From positions 1,009,000 through 1,072,999 of the forward strand of contig NW_015169192.1 of NCBI RefSeq assembly GCF_001447785.1: a stretch of DNA of 64,000 nt, given 5' to 3'. This DNA comes from Gekko japonicus. Lineage: Eukaryota. Shown here piece after piece: positions 26,110 through 38,465 of this stretch. Each line of letters opens with the position of its first letter. The stretch's first letter is position 1. A program made the position numbers and the translations under genes. The notes below the pieces were generated by a model. It was not told where the DNA came from and made no database searches. It saw nothing but the letters and a program-made list of their open reading frames with translations.

Positions 26110-26310
26110 CTATGGAGATGGTCCAAACGGCAGCAATTTTCATAATTGCCTTGGTGCGGGAATTAAACCGGCTGTGCTCAATGGGGTTACGGATTGCAAC
26201 ATAGCGGTCGAGGGAGATGGCGCAGAGATGCATGATAGAGGCAGTGGAAAAGAGCACATCTAGGGAAATCCAGATGGGACACAATTGTTTAGGCAAAGGC
26301 CAAGCATAAT
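26110..26310 (-). CDS. HTR2C: 5-HT2C receptor, second coding exon (TM3, DRY, ICL2, TM4)
   Basis: 201-bp exon with acceptor tgtgtttcag|ATTATGC and donor ATAG|GTAAGC. Encodes (D)[66 protein letters not shown]. The ICL2 [21 protein letters not shown] is 5-HT2C-type. Confidence 0.95.
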
Positions 26311-27664
26311 CTGAAACACAGAGAGAAAGAGGGAGAGAAAGAAAGGAAAGGCAAAGGAAGAAAAGAAAAGATAAAATGAGTTTGGAGAGGGTTGCCTGCA
26401 ACTTGTAAATCAATGCAGCTCAGAACTGCACATGGGGGGAGCCTCAAAGTCAGCAATCCCAGAACTGTATGCATGAGTGAAATCCTGGTGTGCCACAAGG
26501 AACAAAAGTAAATAACCAGAGCCTGAAAGACTCATCGGATGCCTGCTGCATCCCTGTAGAAGTCACTGCTCTGGTCTTTACACTCAAAGAGGGAATTGGG
26601 TTCCAGCCCATCCAAGTCTCTCATTCCATAAATCTGTAGACTTTAAAGAGCCACAAGTCTCTGACCCACCCCCTTTTTTGGTTTTGTTCTGATCCTGCTT
26701 CCTTCTAAGCAGCATCTCTTTGGGAACAGGGAATCATCCCTCTACACCCCTACATCAGATACTATTGGGTTATTTGTTACATAGCCCCCCCCCCCCGTCC
26801 CCATTAACATCAGTTATGTGCACCCCCAAAAGGACCCTTTGGCTTAAACAGACTAGAGGCATGGGGCGGCACCTTCCTCACATCTCCTGACTTGAAGACA
26901 CCAGGCACGTGGGATCAGAATACATTTAGTCTCAAGGATGCATGATGTGATGGGAAAATGCACCTCTTTTCACATTAAAGAAAGGCTCTTAGATCAAAGC
27001 AAGGAATTGGTAAGAGGCACTCCCAGCAGGGAATAGCCCAGTGTCCTGGAAACACCAGAAAAGCATTGATCAAAGCTTCTTTTGAACTCTAGAGCCCCTC
27101 ATTTCTTTTGGGCCATAAACCACAACTTGTTGCAGAATAATATACTCAGCTCTTGTACAACCATAAACCCAGGAAGCACCGTTCACTCATCTCTGTGTTA
27201 AGAAAGCTGCCATGTCGAATCATCCACCTTTTGTCAGAAACATCTTAAGGTATGTTTATTCAGGTACCTCTTCTCCTATTGGAAGACTGCACTATACTGT
27301 TGCAGTCTGGATTCCGGACTTGCACCAATGGGGTCCAGGACCCTAAGTTTGCAAAGAACACAGGCCAAAGTCCACCAATGGGGAACTAGGCTCCAAAGTT
27401 TCAATCCAATACCAGAGCAGACTTTAGTTCTGCACTAAATCACGCCAATAGCAGATTTTCCTCACTGGTACTCCGGTAAAATCATGTGCACAAAAAAGGC
27501 TTCGCCAGTCCTCAGTCTTTGTAGCTGGTTCTGCTCCCAGACCTGTTTCCAAAAGTTCAAATCTCCAGTTCCTCTCCCCCTTCTTCCACACCTCTGAATG
27601 CTGAAATCACTAGAACACTCTGCATCAAGACAGGCATCGGATGCCTTACTGCTTCCCATCCTGG

Positions 27665-27803
27665 AGTTCACATGCACTAAATAACATACTTTCAATCCAG
27701 TTTCAATGCACTTTGCAACTGGATTTTACTGTGTGAAATGGCACAATCTGCTTTCAAACAGTCACTGAAGTGGATTGAAACTGCATTAGTTAGCATGTGT
27801 GAA
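27665..27803. mobile_element. Degraded palindromic MITE
   Basis: ttcacatgcactaaataa...ttcaatcca is mirrored by tggattgaa...ttagttagcatgtgtgaa. Confidence 0.5.
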
Positions 27804-27982
27804 AGTGTATTAGTTTCCTCTCACCTCTGTTCGCAGCTGTTTGGTCTTACTGACAGCAGGCTTTCCCCATAATATTCTCACTTCTTCCCCTTTCATTCCA
27901 AAATCTCCTCTCTCCTTGGCTTGGCTTTTCATTGGATTAGCCAAGTGGGAGAAACATAAACTGGACTAACAGTAACTTTAAT

Positions 27983-28026
27983 TGGGTATCTGAAGAAGTG
28001 TGCATGCACACGACAGTTCATACTCA
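27983..28026 (+). ncRNA. Degenerate minimal type-I hammerhead ribozyme within a Penelope-like terminal repeat
   Basis: Stem I TGGGTAT/ATACTCA, core CTGAAGA, stem II GTGTG-CATG-CACAC. The second core reads GACA instead of GAAA. Confidence 0.55.
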
Positions 28027-29737
28027 GAATTAAACTTTGTTGGTCTTAAAGGTACCACTGGACTCAAACTTTGTTTAATTGAGTATTTAGTTTAAAGTAA
28101 CACAGTTACACATTAGATTTGTGCAAAGTGACTGAATTTTCTTGGTTACCATGATAAAATTGCATGCGGTTTCTTTTTCATACAGAGTTCTCATTTTCTA
28201 GTCTGTATTTTTGTTAAGATAATAAAATTACTTTTGGCGAAGTATTTGTCTCCGTTCTATCTTTCCCTCACTAAACTAGGAACTCTGTAGATATAGGCTT
28301 CAAGGTCCCATATACCCCGGCACTTGCTGTTCCGGGGTTCTTCATGTGTAAGGAGACTTGTCTCATGACAAGACCATACACAGGGACTGATTTGGGTAAC
28401 ACACATGAGGCTGCTTTATACTGAATCAACCCATTGTTCCAACAGGGTCAGTATTATCTACTCAGACTAGCAGTAGCTTTCCAGGGTCTCTTGTGGAGGT
28501 CTTTCACACCTCTTGCTGTCTGGTCATTTTAATTGGACATGCCTGGGATTGAACCTGGGGCCTTCGGTGTGCAAAGCAGAGGCCCTTCCCACTTCCAGCT
28601 GCCCCAACAGAAGGCACTCACTCTACAGCAACAGGCCCTGGATGGCTTTTGAACCTGGGCAGACATTAATGGGCTGCAATTTATTTTATTTTCTAACTCT
28701 TAGTTGCATAATATATGCAGCCGAGTCCTTCTGCTGTGGCTCATCACCCTCAAGAAGCAGGTGCAGTGGGCACTCTTCCAAGGCAAGCAGGAAGTTGGAG
28801 GCTGCCTCTGTGAGCCCCCTTTAATTCAATCAGGTCCATGCAGCTAAATGAAACTGAGCTTGCTTCAGCCTGTGACTAAGTCCAGCACCAAAGGGGCAGC
28901 AAAACCTCTCCATGAGGAACAAGCAAACATTGATTCTTCTTCCCATGTCATTAGCCTAGAACAAAAGCAGCGACATAATCAATAGGGGATTAGAGAGCAG
29001 GGATACTTGTGAAGTCCCTCTGCTAGGTGCTGCTTCTTGGGGCGAGGAACGAGATTTATTTCAATTTTGCCTTTTGTTGGTTTCTATTTATGTAGTGGAT
29101 TGATATTCCTCCCTTCCTTTGGGCAACATACCTGGTTCTCTCTTCCTTGTTGTGTCCTCAAAACAATCCTGTGAGGTAGGCAAGGCTGAAAGAGGGTGAC
29201 TGACCCAAGGTCACCCATGGAGCTTTGTGGCAGATCAGGGATTTGAACGAGGGTCTCTCAGATCCTTGTCCAGGAGTTTCACCACTGTACTACACTGGAC
29301 AATCAAGATAGTAATTGCCAGAGTCAGGACAGCCCCTTGTAGGAGGAAATTCAACTGGTGAAGCTTTCCCAGCAATTGCACCGACTGTACCAGTTGGATT
29401 TTGTCTCTCTGTGACACAACTTTAAGCTACAGGAGCCCTACCAGAAAAAAGAGGTGTTAACCCAAGTGAGGGATGCATCTTACTGGGTGAGAGCCAGGAG
29501 TTGATATTTATGCTGAGGTTCATTTCAAGATCAGCCTTGAAATCCATTTTCAATCCATGCCTGGAATACTGGAAGCAATCCCATGCAAGAGGGATTACAG
29601 GTGAGCAGCTGTGCTCTCTAAATAGGGTTGTTAAGTTTCTTATCCGCATGACTTAAGCCCTGCATGGGCCACACCGGTTAATGCAGAACATGGGGGCACT
29701 GGAATGCCACAGGGAGCCTTCCCAAGCCAAGCAGAGC

Positions 29738-29953
29738 CCTAGACCAACCGGCTAGCCCGGTCTTGTCAGATCTCGAAAGCTAAACAGGGTCGGCCCTAGC
29801 TAGTATTTGGGATGGAAGACCTCCAAGGAACACCAGGGCTGTGTCATGGAGACAGGCAATGGCGAGCCACCTCTGAACGTCTCTCACCTTGAAAACCCTA
29901 CGGGGGTCACCATGAGTCAGCTGTGACTTGATGGCACTTTCCACCACCACCAT
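29738..29953 (+). mobile_element. 5S rRNA-headed SINE with BovB-like tail (5S-Sauria-like)
   Basis: gcccggtcttgtcagatctcgaaagctaaacagggtcgg...tagtatttgggatggaagacc matches the 5S internal promoter region. Followed by the RTE/BovB-like ggcaatggcgagccacctc...ccttgaaaaccc and (CCA)n. Confidence 0.8.
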
Positions 29954-32015
29954 AGTCCAACCTAACAAAGCATCATCTCAAAAGGGAAGATTATGTCCAG
30001 GTGGACCAGCAGTGTACTTCCATGTACCCAAGAGGAGGAACCTGGGAAAGGTGCTGGGCTGGTTTGCACTGGCTGGTTACACGGCCTTTGGCTGGTTGCA
30101 CTGGCAGTCAGCACATAGGATAGAACACATACCTCTTACATGGCAGAGACAGGGAGGAAAGGCTGACCTTCTGCTTCCTGACTCAGTCCAGAAAACACAG
30201 GCAAGGAGGCCCATCTGATGCCTTGAAAGAGGCTGGCCTAGCTCCACCTGTCCTTGCGGGGACACCGGTCTCAGCTCCCAATGGCCAGCTTTCCCACAAA
30301 ACGTTCCCTCACTCTCCTCTCTCTCTGCCATGCCATTATTTGGAACCATCAGTAGCCTTGTTTTTGTTTGGGGGTTCTGCATCCCACCCACCCCGCCCCG
30401 TGCTAAAGGGCACATCCTACCAGGTCAAGAAAGAATTAGGGGAAGGCTTGAACAGCAGAGGGATTGTCTCACCCCCTTCTGAAAGCCTACCCAGCCCTTC
30501 TGTTAACACAAGGATGCTGTTCCTACTGGACTGGCTTGGGGGAGGACCATAGAACAAAGAGAAAATGTGGTCTGTGTGACTGTGCAAAAATGCCAGAAAC
30601 GAAGGCAGCACCCGAGCAATCAGTAGTCAGTGCTTTTAAGGATGGGGCATCCAGATTAGGGCCCATACAAGTCCAGTATTAGCCTTTGTAAGACACCAAG
30701 AACAGACAGGAAAGCTCAGACCAATGGTCCATCTAGTCCAGCATCCTGTTTCCCACAGTGGTCAACAAGAAGGCCTGAAAGCAGGGCCAAACTCTTCCCC
30801 TGTTGCTGCACTCCCAGCAGCTGGTATTTGGAGATATCCTACTACCTCTGATCCTCAGGGCTACCAAGAGGGACTACTGCTCCATGCATCCACCTCATCC
30901 TCTTTTAAAGTCATCAGCATGCCAGAAGGCAATTCAAGCCAAACTCTAATTCTGCAGACCTTCCCTCTCCAAGGGCAAAGATTTACTGATGCAGCCATTG
31001 CACTCAAAGTTCTTCATACTAACCTTATTCCCCTGCTTCGACTTTGCATATTCTGCTCAACTGCTACAGACTTTTACAGAAATAGCAAGCAATCACAAGC
31101 AGTTTTTAACTTCCCTGCACTTCCTTACCCCCCTGGGAGAACAAGGTTTTTGTGATTCACATCCCTCCCTCCTGTCAAAAGTGAAGAGTCTCTCCAGCTT
31201 GAAACCAGCAGTGTCTCTACAACAGATGGAGGAGCAACATTTTTGTGGTCTCAGCTGCATTCCTCCAGACAAGCCATTTGCAAAAATCCTCCTTTCCTCT
31301 TGAGGAGGCATGCAACTCAGGGCTCCCATCCTGGCACAGCCCTCTTAAGTGGGGGTGGGGGGGCCTTTAGCCTAGTCAGCCAACTTTGTCAATGGTGAGC
31401 TTCATAAATGAGCAAATCTAAATTGGCTGCTGTGGGAGGATTCAAAGGCAGTCATGGAGTCTCTCTATAGCAACCCCTGGAATATGCCTACAAAAGCCTG
31501 ATTTTGGCCTAGCTCTCATCTGCCTGGACTGTACCACTGTGTCTGAGCTCTACCACTTCAGACTGCGGGTGGGGAGAAATATGACAGAATGCTCCTCCAT
31601 TCCTGCACATAGCCTAACCCCCCCTTTTCCTGCTGTGCTGATTTTCTAAATGTAAAGATCTTTTTGGTACGGAGGAGCCATCCATCCTGAGAGCTCCCCA
31701 CCTGCATTTTGATGTGGTCCAGGCCAGACACGGCAGGTTTACCCCCTGGGTGAGAACTAGCCCCTTGCTGCAGCTTTTGCAGAGGCCAGCACAAGGCAAG
31801 GTCCTCACTATGATTTTGAGAGGTCTAGCACTTGTCAGAACCTACTATGAGTCCTGTTAAGATTACCTGAAATACCCACTACAACTTGGCGGAACTTGCC
31901 AAAGTTGGCTGAAATCCTATCTTGAGCAAGATTTGGCAGGAATGGTGGTGATGAAAATTCTCCAGCAAATATCCTGATTCAAATTATCTTCCAAAAGGCC
32001 AGGTACTGAAATCTA

Positions 32016-32123
32016 ATTGAGCAAACTCCAGAGGACGGCGGAAGACAGGAGGGCCCGGTGTGATGTGGTCCATGGGGTCGCAAAGAGCCGGACTTGACTG
32101 TGCGACTGAACAACAACAACAAT
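32016..32123 (+). mobile_element. BovB/RTE LINE extreme 3' end
   Basis: gtccatggggtcgcaaagagccggac...gcgactgaa(caa)n, with TSD TGAAATCTA at 32007-32015 and 32124-32132. Confidence 0.8.
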
Positions 32124-32687
32124 TGAAATCTACAGCTAGTTTGTTAATTAGAAGTTGGCATTTCAACAGCCTTTGGCAAGGCAGAGGAGTCCCACCAAGG
32201 GGCTGTCCCCTTTACGCCAGCTGCAGCACACGATCTGCAGCATATTTACTCAAGGGTACTGCCAAAAACTGCTGCTTTGCTTTCAAAAGGCAGGTGCTTC
32301 TTAATCAAAAGGAGCCTTCAAGATGTCAAGCATGGCTTAGTTGGTTTACTGAGGATATACTGTTTGCAAAACATGAGGCAGCAGGGCTTAGTTGGAGATG
32401 CATACGTAGAGGGTGGAGAGGAGACACAAGGAAAAGGAAGAAGGAAATTGGGAAAGAAAAACACAGAGAAAGAACCTTTACAAAACCATTATTGACCAGG
32501 GAGAGCTCCTATTTTCCGATCCCTTAACCAGGTAAATCATTTTGCTTTGTTAAAATTATATGAGCTGCTAGTACAGTCATCCTTCAAGGGTCAACCCTCT
32601 TCCAAAAGCCTCTGAAATTTAAATGTCTCCGTGTGTGGATGGAAGCATCCTGTTTCATGCACACATCTATGACAAGGACAAAAGAAA

Positions 32688-32863
32688 TTTTAAAATGCTG
32701 TGAGGGCCACAGTGTTGTGGGCTGAGGCACTCTTGTTGCTCCCTATGCGCCTTTTCAAGCACCAAAACAGCTGCACCCCCTTCCCCTGCCACGGATGTTT
32801 TGGCACTTGAAAAGACATGAAGGGAACAAGAGCACTGTGCGGGGACCCTTGCAGCGTCTTTAA
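32688..32863. repeat. Degraded palindromic MITE
   Basis: cttttcaagcaccaaaaca vs tgttttggcacttgaaaag; ctcttgtt...ccct vs agggaacaagag. Confidence 0.55.
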
Positions 32864-34330
32864 ATCTCTTTAGATTGGTCTATGGAGCAGAATCACGGAT
32901 GTTGTTGCATCTAGTTTGGCCCTAAAGCGCCTTGCACTGCACAGCTTGTTTCACACCCTGTGCCTGCATTTTCCAAACATATCTGGAACCAAAAGCACAA
33001 CCACATTAACACATCAGGCAGAACAAAACCTTCAGCAATGTGCAAAAGGGGAATGGGAGGAGAGATTGTTGGTACAAGATTTGAGATGTCACAAGCATAT
33101 TGGTGTTTTCAGCTGTGAAATGCTTGAGGGCCCAAATCTCACTGGATCACTGAAAATGGTCACTGAGTTGGGAATGTCGGAGATTTGTCTGCTGCCTTCT
33201 GCTTTTAATGAAGAGCTCGCCATTGCCACCCTTTCTAATTTAAATCTTCCCAAAAAATTAATCGCAACAAACATATTTATTTTATTTCTACAATTTACAG
33301 TCAGCTTAATTGCATGTACTTGGAAGCCAGCCCTATACGTTTTAATAAAGCTTGTTTCCTGATAAGTATGCTGAGATTTAGGATGTCTGCTTAGAAAGTC
33401 TTCAAACCATTTATTCAGTTCAACGAGAAGGAGGGGGCTCTGCAGCAGTGAAGCTGGAGGATTTCTAAGCAATGCTTCTTCTTCGAGACAAGTGCTGTAT
33501 TGAGATCTGTGGATCTTCTACCACCTTCCTCTGCCACCACTGTCCCAACTCTTAGCACTAACTGAGAGTAGTTATCCCTTGAAAAAGCTGTGAAGGGCAA
33601 AGAGTGGTGAAATGACAGGATGATTCAGCGGCATAATCGGCTCAGTGGGAAACGAAACACAACCCTTTAATATCTTCACATGTAGCCTAAACTAGGAATG
33701 GAAGTCGGGGGAGGAGAGACAGTAGGCGTCCAACCCCCAAGGGAGTTGCATCCTAATGCCTGTAGGGTGAAACAAGTAGGGCTGGCTGCTTAAAAGCTCC
33801 AGCAGCATCTACTGGGTGAAACTGAGGAATGAGCTTGGGTCTTCCTGAGTCTTTTCCCTGCCTTTCAGAACCTGCAGTCAGATTGATTGTCAGTTGTGCA
33901 GGCACAGCACCACTCAATTTCTCAGCAATCTGGTAGTATTTCACCCACATCTTTTTCTCCTGAACTGAAATCATCACAGTAGAAGTTTTTGCATGTGATG
34001 CCTTAAGGCTTTAGGGCTAATAGCTCCCATTCCAAATGCTATTCCTGTGAATCCTTCCCTGAAACTGCATCCCCAAGATGCCTTTCATTTTCATCTGTAA
34101 CTACTGGCTTGGGATCTCCTCCTCCAGAGTGGCTCCAATTAAGGATTAAGGAAGCAGGAGGAGGATCTAGTAACCAGGACCCACACAGAAGGGGCAAAGA
34201 GGAGATGCCAGTATCCTGACCAGCCAATAAGCAAGATGCCAAATGTCAGGAACAATAGTTTAGATATCAGTGGTAAACTGGCAGCTGGACTTTTGTACCA
34301 TCACCCATAATCACACAGTTAAACAAGTTG

Positions 34331-34515
34331 GGGCCACAGCTCAGTGGTCAAACAGATGCTTCGCATGCAAAAAATCCTAGGTTCAGTCCCCAGCATCTTC
34401 AGATAAAGGATAAATGATCTCTGCCTGAGAGAGCTCTTGTGGGTCAGCATAGACAAAACAGGGCTATATGGACCAGGGCTCTGGAATGATAAAAAAACAG
34501 CTTCATGTGTTCATA
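34331..34515 (+). mobile_element. Older tRNA-derived SINE with CR1-like tail
   Basis: A-box gctcagtggt, B-box ggttcagtccc, tail cagcttcatgtgttcat. Related pieces at about 25145-25235, 28400-28600, 44040-44228, 46826-46930 and 63150-63340. Confidence 0.6.
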
Positions 34516-35520
34516 TGAGAGTCACCAGGTTTCTACGAAAGAAATCATGAACATGGAATTGATTACAAACTCCAGATTAATGTGGAGTTAGCCATGCTCT
34601 GAAAGCTACAACAATTGAACTCTGGCAAGAATCTTGTAAAACTCCTAACTTTTGCATAATCATGCCAAAGTCAAAAATCACTGAGCACTGGCAGCTTAAG
34701 GCCACCCATCAAAGCACTGGAGCAACAAAAACACTTCAGTCAATGGAAAACTAAGCACCTGCTTAAGGATTTCCCCCCCCTGAAAATCTGACACAGCAAG
34801 TTCCACCTGCTTTCCTGCATTTGAAATGCCCTTCTGAACTCTTCAGAGGCTCTTAGTGATGACGGATTAATTTTCCAACTGAACTCCAAGCCTTTTGTAA
34901 AGTTAATGGCATTTCACTTGCCTGACAAGGTTAAAAAGCCAGCAGACTCTGCCTTTATGAAAGGTCACAGGGATGGGCTGACAGTTCCCCCGACAGCAAC
35001 AAAGAGCAGTGCTCTGAAGACAGGAATCAGCATCTGCTGCCAACGTTCAGTGGCTTTTTTTCCTTGCCAGTTCAAGGTTTTGACAATGTTCATCATTCAT
35101 TTGAATTTCCAGACACAACAAGGGCATCACAATGAGTCACACGGAGGTGGTGGGCCAGTCAAAGTCTACTAAGTTTCCAAGGGATGAGTCTGCTCCTCTA
35201 AGGACCTTCCCACTCACCAATGAAAGGCAGGGCTCAGGCAGCCATCAGACCTGCCACTGGTACACTTGAGCCAGGGGTATACAAATGAGCCCTCTCTTGT
35301 TTTTATTTGTTGTGAGTCTTTTTGTTTTGCCATTCTTGTTGCTGAACTCTGGGGTCACGTGTTTCTTTTATGCTACTTTTATATTATCTGACATGCCAAA
35401 TCAATCAATGGGGAAAAATCAGTTTCAACAATAATATGTCATTGAGCGTTGTTAGTAAGACGGGGGAAAGAGGGCCACTGTTTCGTCCCATGCAGGGAGG
35501 ACATGTGTCAGAGAAACTGG

Positions 35521-36327
35521 AAGTCAAGTCAAGTCAAGTTTATTAATACGGTCAAGCGACCAGCCAATAGAACGATTCCAAGAATAATAATAAAATACAC
35601 AATAAATACATAAGTAGCTAGTAAATACATATAACGAATATATATAAAACCTTTAAACGAATACAGGAACAATACAATATATCATTGAAACACACCAATA
35701 CAACGCTAATTTGTCATCAGATCACTAACTAGGGTATAAGCTTCCTCTTTTTAAGGGCCAGAAAGCAAAATTTTGCCACAGCTAAAGATATCCTCTCTAT
35801 CCGGTCTTCCAGCAAAAAAGTTAAAATCCTCAGTTCCGCAATTTTCAACTGAACATCCAAGGGTTTGAATTTGGACAACAATGGAAAAATTAACAGCTGT
35901 CTCTCCATAGCATAAAAGTTACAATGTAACTATATATGTGAGACCGACTCTATGTCAAGATTTGTACACGGGCAACATCTTTGGGAACTAGGCCAGCGCC
36001 GAAACCTTCCTTGTAACAAGTTAGATGGCAGGGCATCAAAACGTGCTCTAGAAAAAACCCATCTATAGCTGTCATATATGATGTTAGAAAGATATGGAGC
36101 GGGGGCAAAACCTGTCCAGGATTTTAAGGCTTTATATCTTAAGGGTAAGAGCGCTTCTTCCGTCTGGACCTCTATATCTATTAGGCGTTGGGTTACTATA
36201 GATTTAGCTTTTGTCAATCCAAGCTCCAAAAGACTTGCAGGATGAAGCCCGATTGATCCAAGCTTGCCTAATATTTTGGAGGACCATTCAGGATATGGAT
36301 TGGCAGCTAAAAAAGATGGAATTAGGC
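35521..36327 (-). mobile_element. RTE-X-like LINE 3' fragment
   Basis: Reads APAPYL...SRARFDALPS...GRF...RCCPC...ESVSHI*LHC, a C-terminal CCHC knuckle with a premature stop. Ends in AATAAA plus a (CTTGA)n tail on the minus strand. Confidence 0.7.
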
Positions 36328-36329
36328 CT

Positions 36330-36550
36330 GCAGTTCGAAAGCAAGAAATTGCAAGTAGATAAATAGGTACCACTTCGGTGGGAAGGTAACAGCGTTCCGT
36401 GCGCCTTGGTGTTTAGTCATGCCGGCCACTTGACCATGGAAACGTCTTCGGACAGCGCTGGCTCTTCGGCTTTGAAACGGAGATGAGCACCGCAACCCTA
36501 GAGTCGGACTCGACTGGCTTTCGAGCAAGGGAACCTTTACCTTTACCTTT
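36330..36550 (+). mobile_element. Sauria SINE (5'-truncated)
   Basis: Nearly identical to 12380-12603 in the opposite orientation, with an (ACCTTT)n tail. Confidence 0.9.
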
Positions 36551-37363
36551 AAGCTCTGCCTGCTGGTGGAGTAATGCCTGTGCTCTCCTGGAGCTCTCCT
36601 AGGTCCTGAAGACCGTCCATAACTCCCTCTTCACCTGCCTTTCATGACAAAGAACTCTTCCCATGCCAATCCTCCTCTAGGAGTCTCAGTTAGCTTCATA
36701 GGGAAGACGGGCAGCCCGGTCATAGTGTTCAGCATAAAAGTCTGGTTTCCTTAAAACGACCATTGGCCCAAATAGACTTTGTAACTGAACAAGGGTTCAA
36801 GACTGTCCAGACTCAGTTTTATGCTCACTGCATCCCACTGGAGATAGCCAGAAAATGTCACATGGTCTGGGCACCTGGGAATATAACACTTCAGAATGCT
36901 GAATCTGGTTACCTGATAGGAAGAGAAGGCTATATGCAGCCACATTGCAAAGTTTTGGGCACTTCAGTTTTCTGAAAAGAAAGCACCGAGTTCCACCAAT
37001 TCTCTTCTCCCATTGTAAACCCTTCGATATGTTGTTTTAAAGGGTCTGTTGATTCTCATGAACAAAATTTCAGAGGACGCTGCAAAGAACAGTAGTAGGG
37101 AATTGGGGGAAATTGCCACCCTCTCTTTTAAAAAATGTAAGCACCCTTAAGCCTTCAGAACTGTGTGACTGAATATAGGCCAGTGCTCCTGCCGACTAAA
37201 AAAGGTGAAAAGTGATTGAAGGGTTTTAGTTTAGTTTCTCCCTGAAGTGCTGGTTTTCAACGTGCTGCAAGTTTTAAATCTAGAAGCACATCTCATTTGC
37301 AGTGTAAATGTGATGAAGGCCAGGATCATGTTAACCAAACATGCAGATGAAATCTCTTATACT

Positions 37364-38465
37364 GAACATAAGAACATAAGAACCTAAGAGAAGCCAATGT
37401 TGGATCAGGCCAATGGCCCATCCAGTCCAACACTCTGTCACAAGTGGCCAAAGGTACCAGGTGCCATCAGGAGGTCCAGCAGTGGGGCCGGGACACTAGA
37501 AGCCCTCCCACTGTTGCCCCCCCCCCAAGCACCAAGAATACAGTGCATCACTTGCCCCAGACTGAGAGTTCCTGTCTATACCTTGTGGGTAATAGCCACT
37601 GATGGACCTCTGCTCCATATGCTTATCCAGGGGTCATTTCGTAGAAAAAGAGGTGCAGGAGCACATTAGCATAACTCATTAGCACAACTTATTTGTATAT
37701 GCCACACACCCTGACATCACCGGAAGTGTGTCAGAAGGCAACGCTCAGGCTCCACTGGACTCTTTTGGATTGCTAGCTAGGGAGGGGGGGTGCGCAGATC
37801 TGCCCTCACAGAGGAGGGAGAGCTTGTACCTGAATAAACCTTGGCCTTAAAGGTGCCACTGGACCCTTTTGGATTGCTAGCTATGGGGGGGGGCGCTCTG
37901 CAACTTACCTGGCAGCTTCTTGCTCCTTGTGGCCCGGGGCTGCTGGGAGCAGGGGATGGGGCTTGTTGCATGTGCCCTCCCCCTGGGCTCTTTACTGCTG
38001 GAGCTCCACTCCTGTGCGCTCCTGCAGGAAATGCCCCCTGTTATCTAATTCCCTCTTGAAGATGTCCATGCTCGTAGTCGCCACCACCTCCAGTGGCAGT
38101 GAATTCCACATGTTAATCACTCTTTGGGTGAAGAAGTACTTCCTTTTATCTATTCTAACCCAACTGCTCAGCAATTTCATTGAGTGCCCACAAGTTCTTG
38201 TATTGTGAGAAAGGGAGAAAAGTACTTCTTTCTCAACCTGCTGTATCCCATGCATAATCTTATAAACCTCGATCATGTCACCCCTCAGCCATCGTTTCTC
38301 CAAGCTAAAGAGCCCCAAGCACTTTAACCTTTCTTCATAGGGAAAGTGTTCCAACCCTTTTATCATTCTAGTTGCCTTTTTCAGCACTTTTACCAGTGCT
38401 ATAATATCCTTTTTGAGGTGTGGTGACCAGAACTGTACACAGTACTCCAAATGAGGTCGCAACAT
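37364..38465 (-). mobile_element. CR1 LINE 3' fragment interrupted by a hAT element
   Basis: RPHLEYCVQFWSPHLKKDI...YEERLKCLGLFSLEKRWLRGDMIEVYKI is CR1 ORF2 C-terminus. Octamer tail (AAGAACAT)n at 37364-37385. Confidence 0.9.
37628..38040. mobile_element. Non-autonomous hAT element, inverted copy of 10655-11047
   Basis: TIRs CAGGGGTCATTTC / GAAATGCCCCCTG, flanked by TTATC on both sides. Confidence 0.85.

Noticed and set aside
29738-29830. 5S rRNA gene (also 40104-40190)
   Set aside because: Partial, diverged and fused to a BovB-like tail, so it is a SINE head rather than an rRNA gene.
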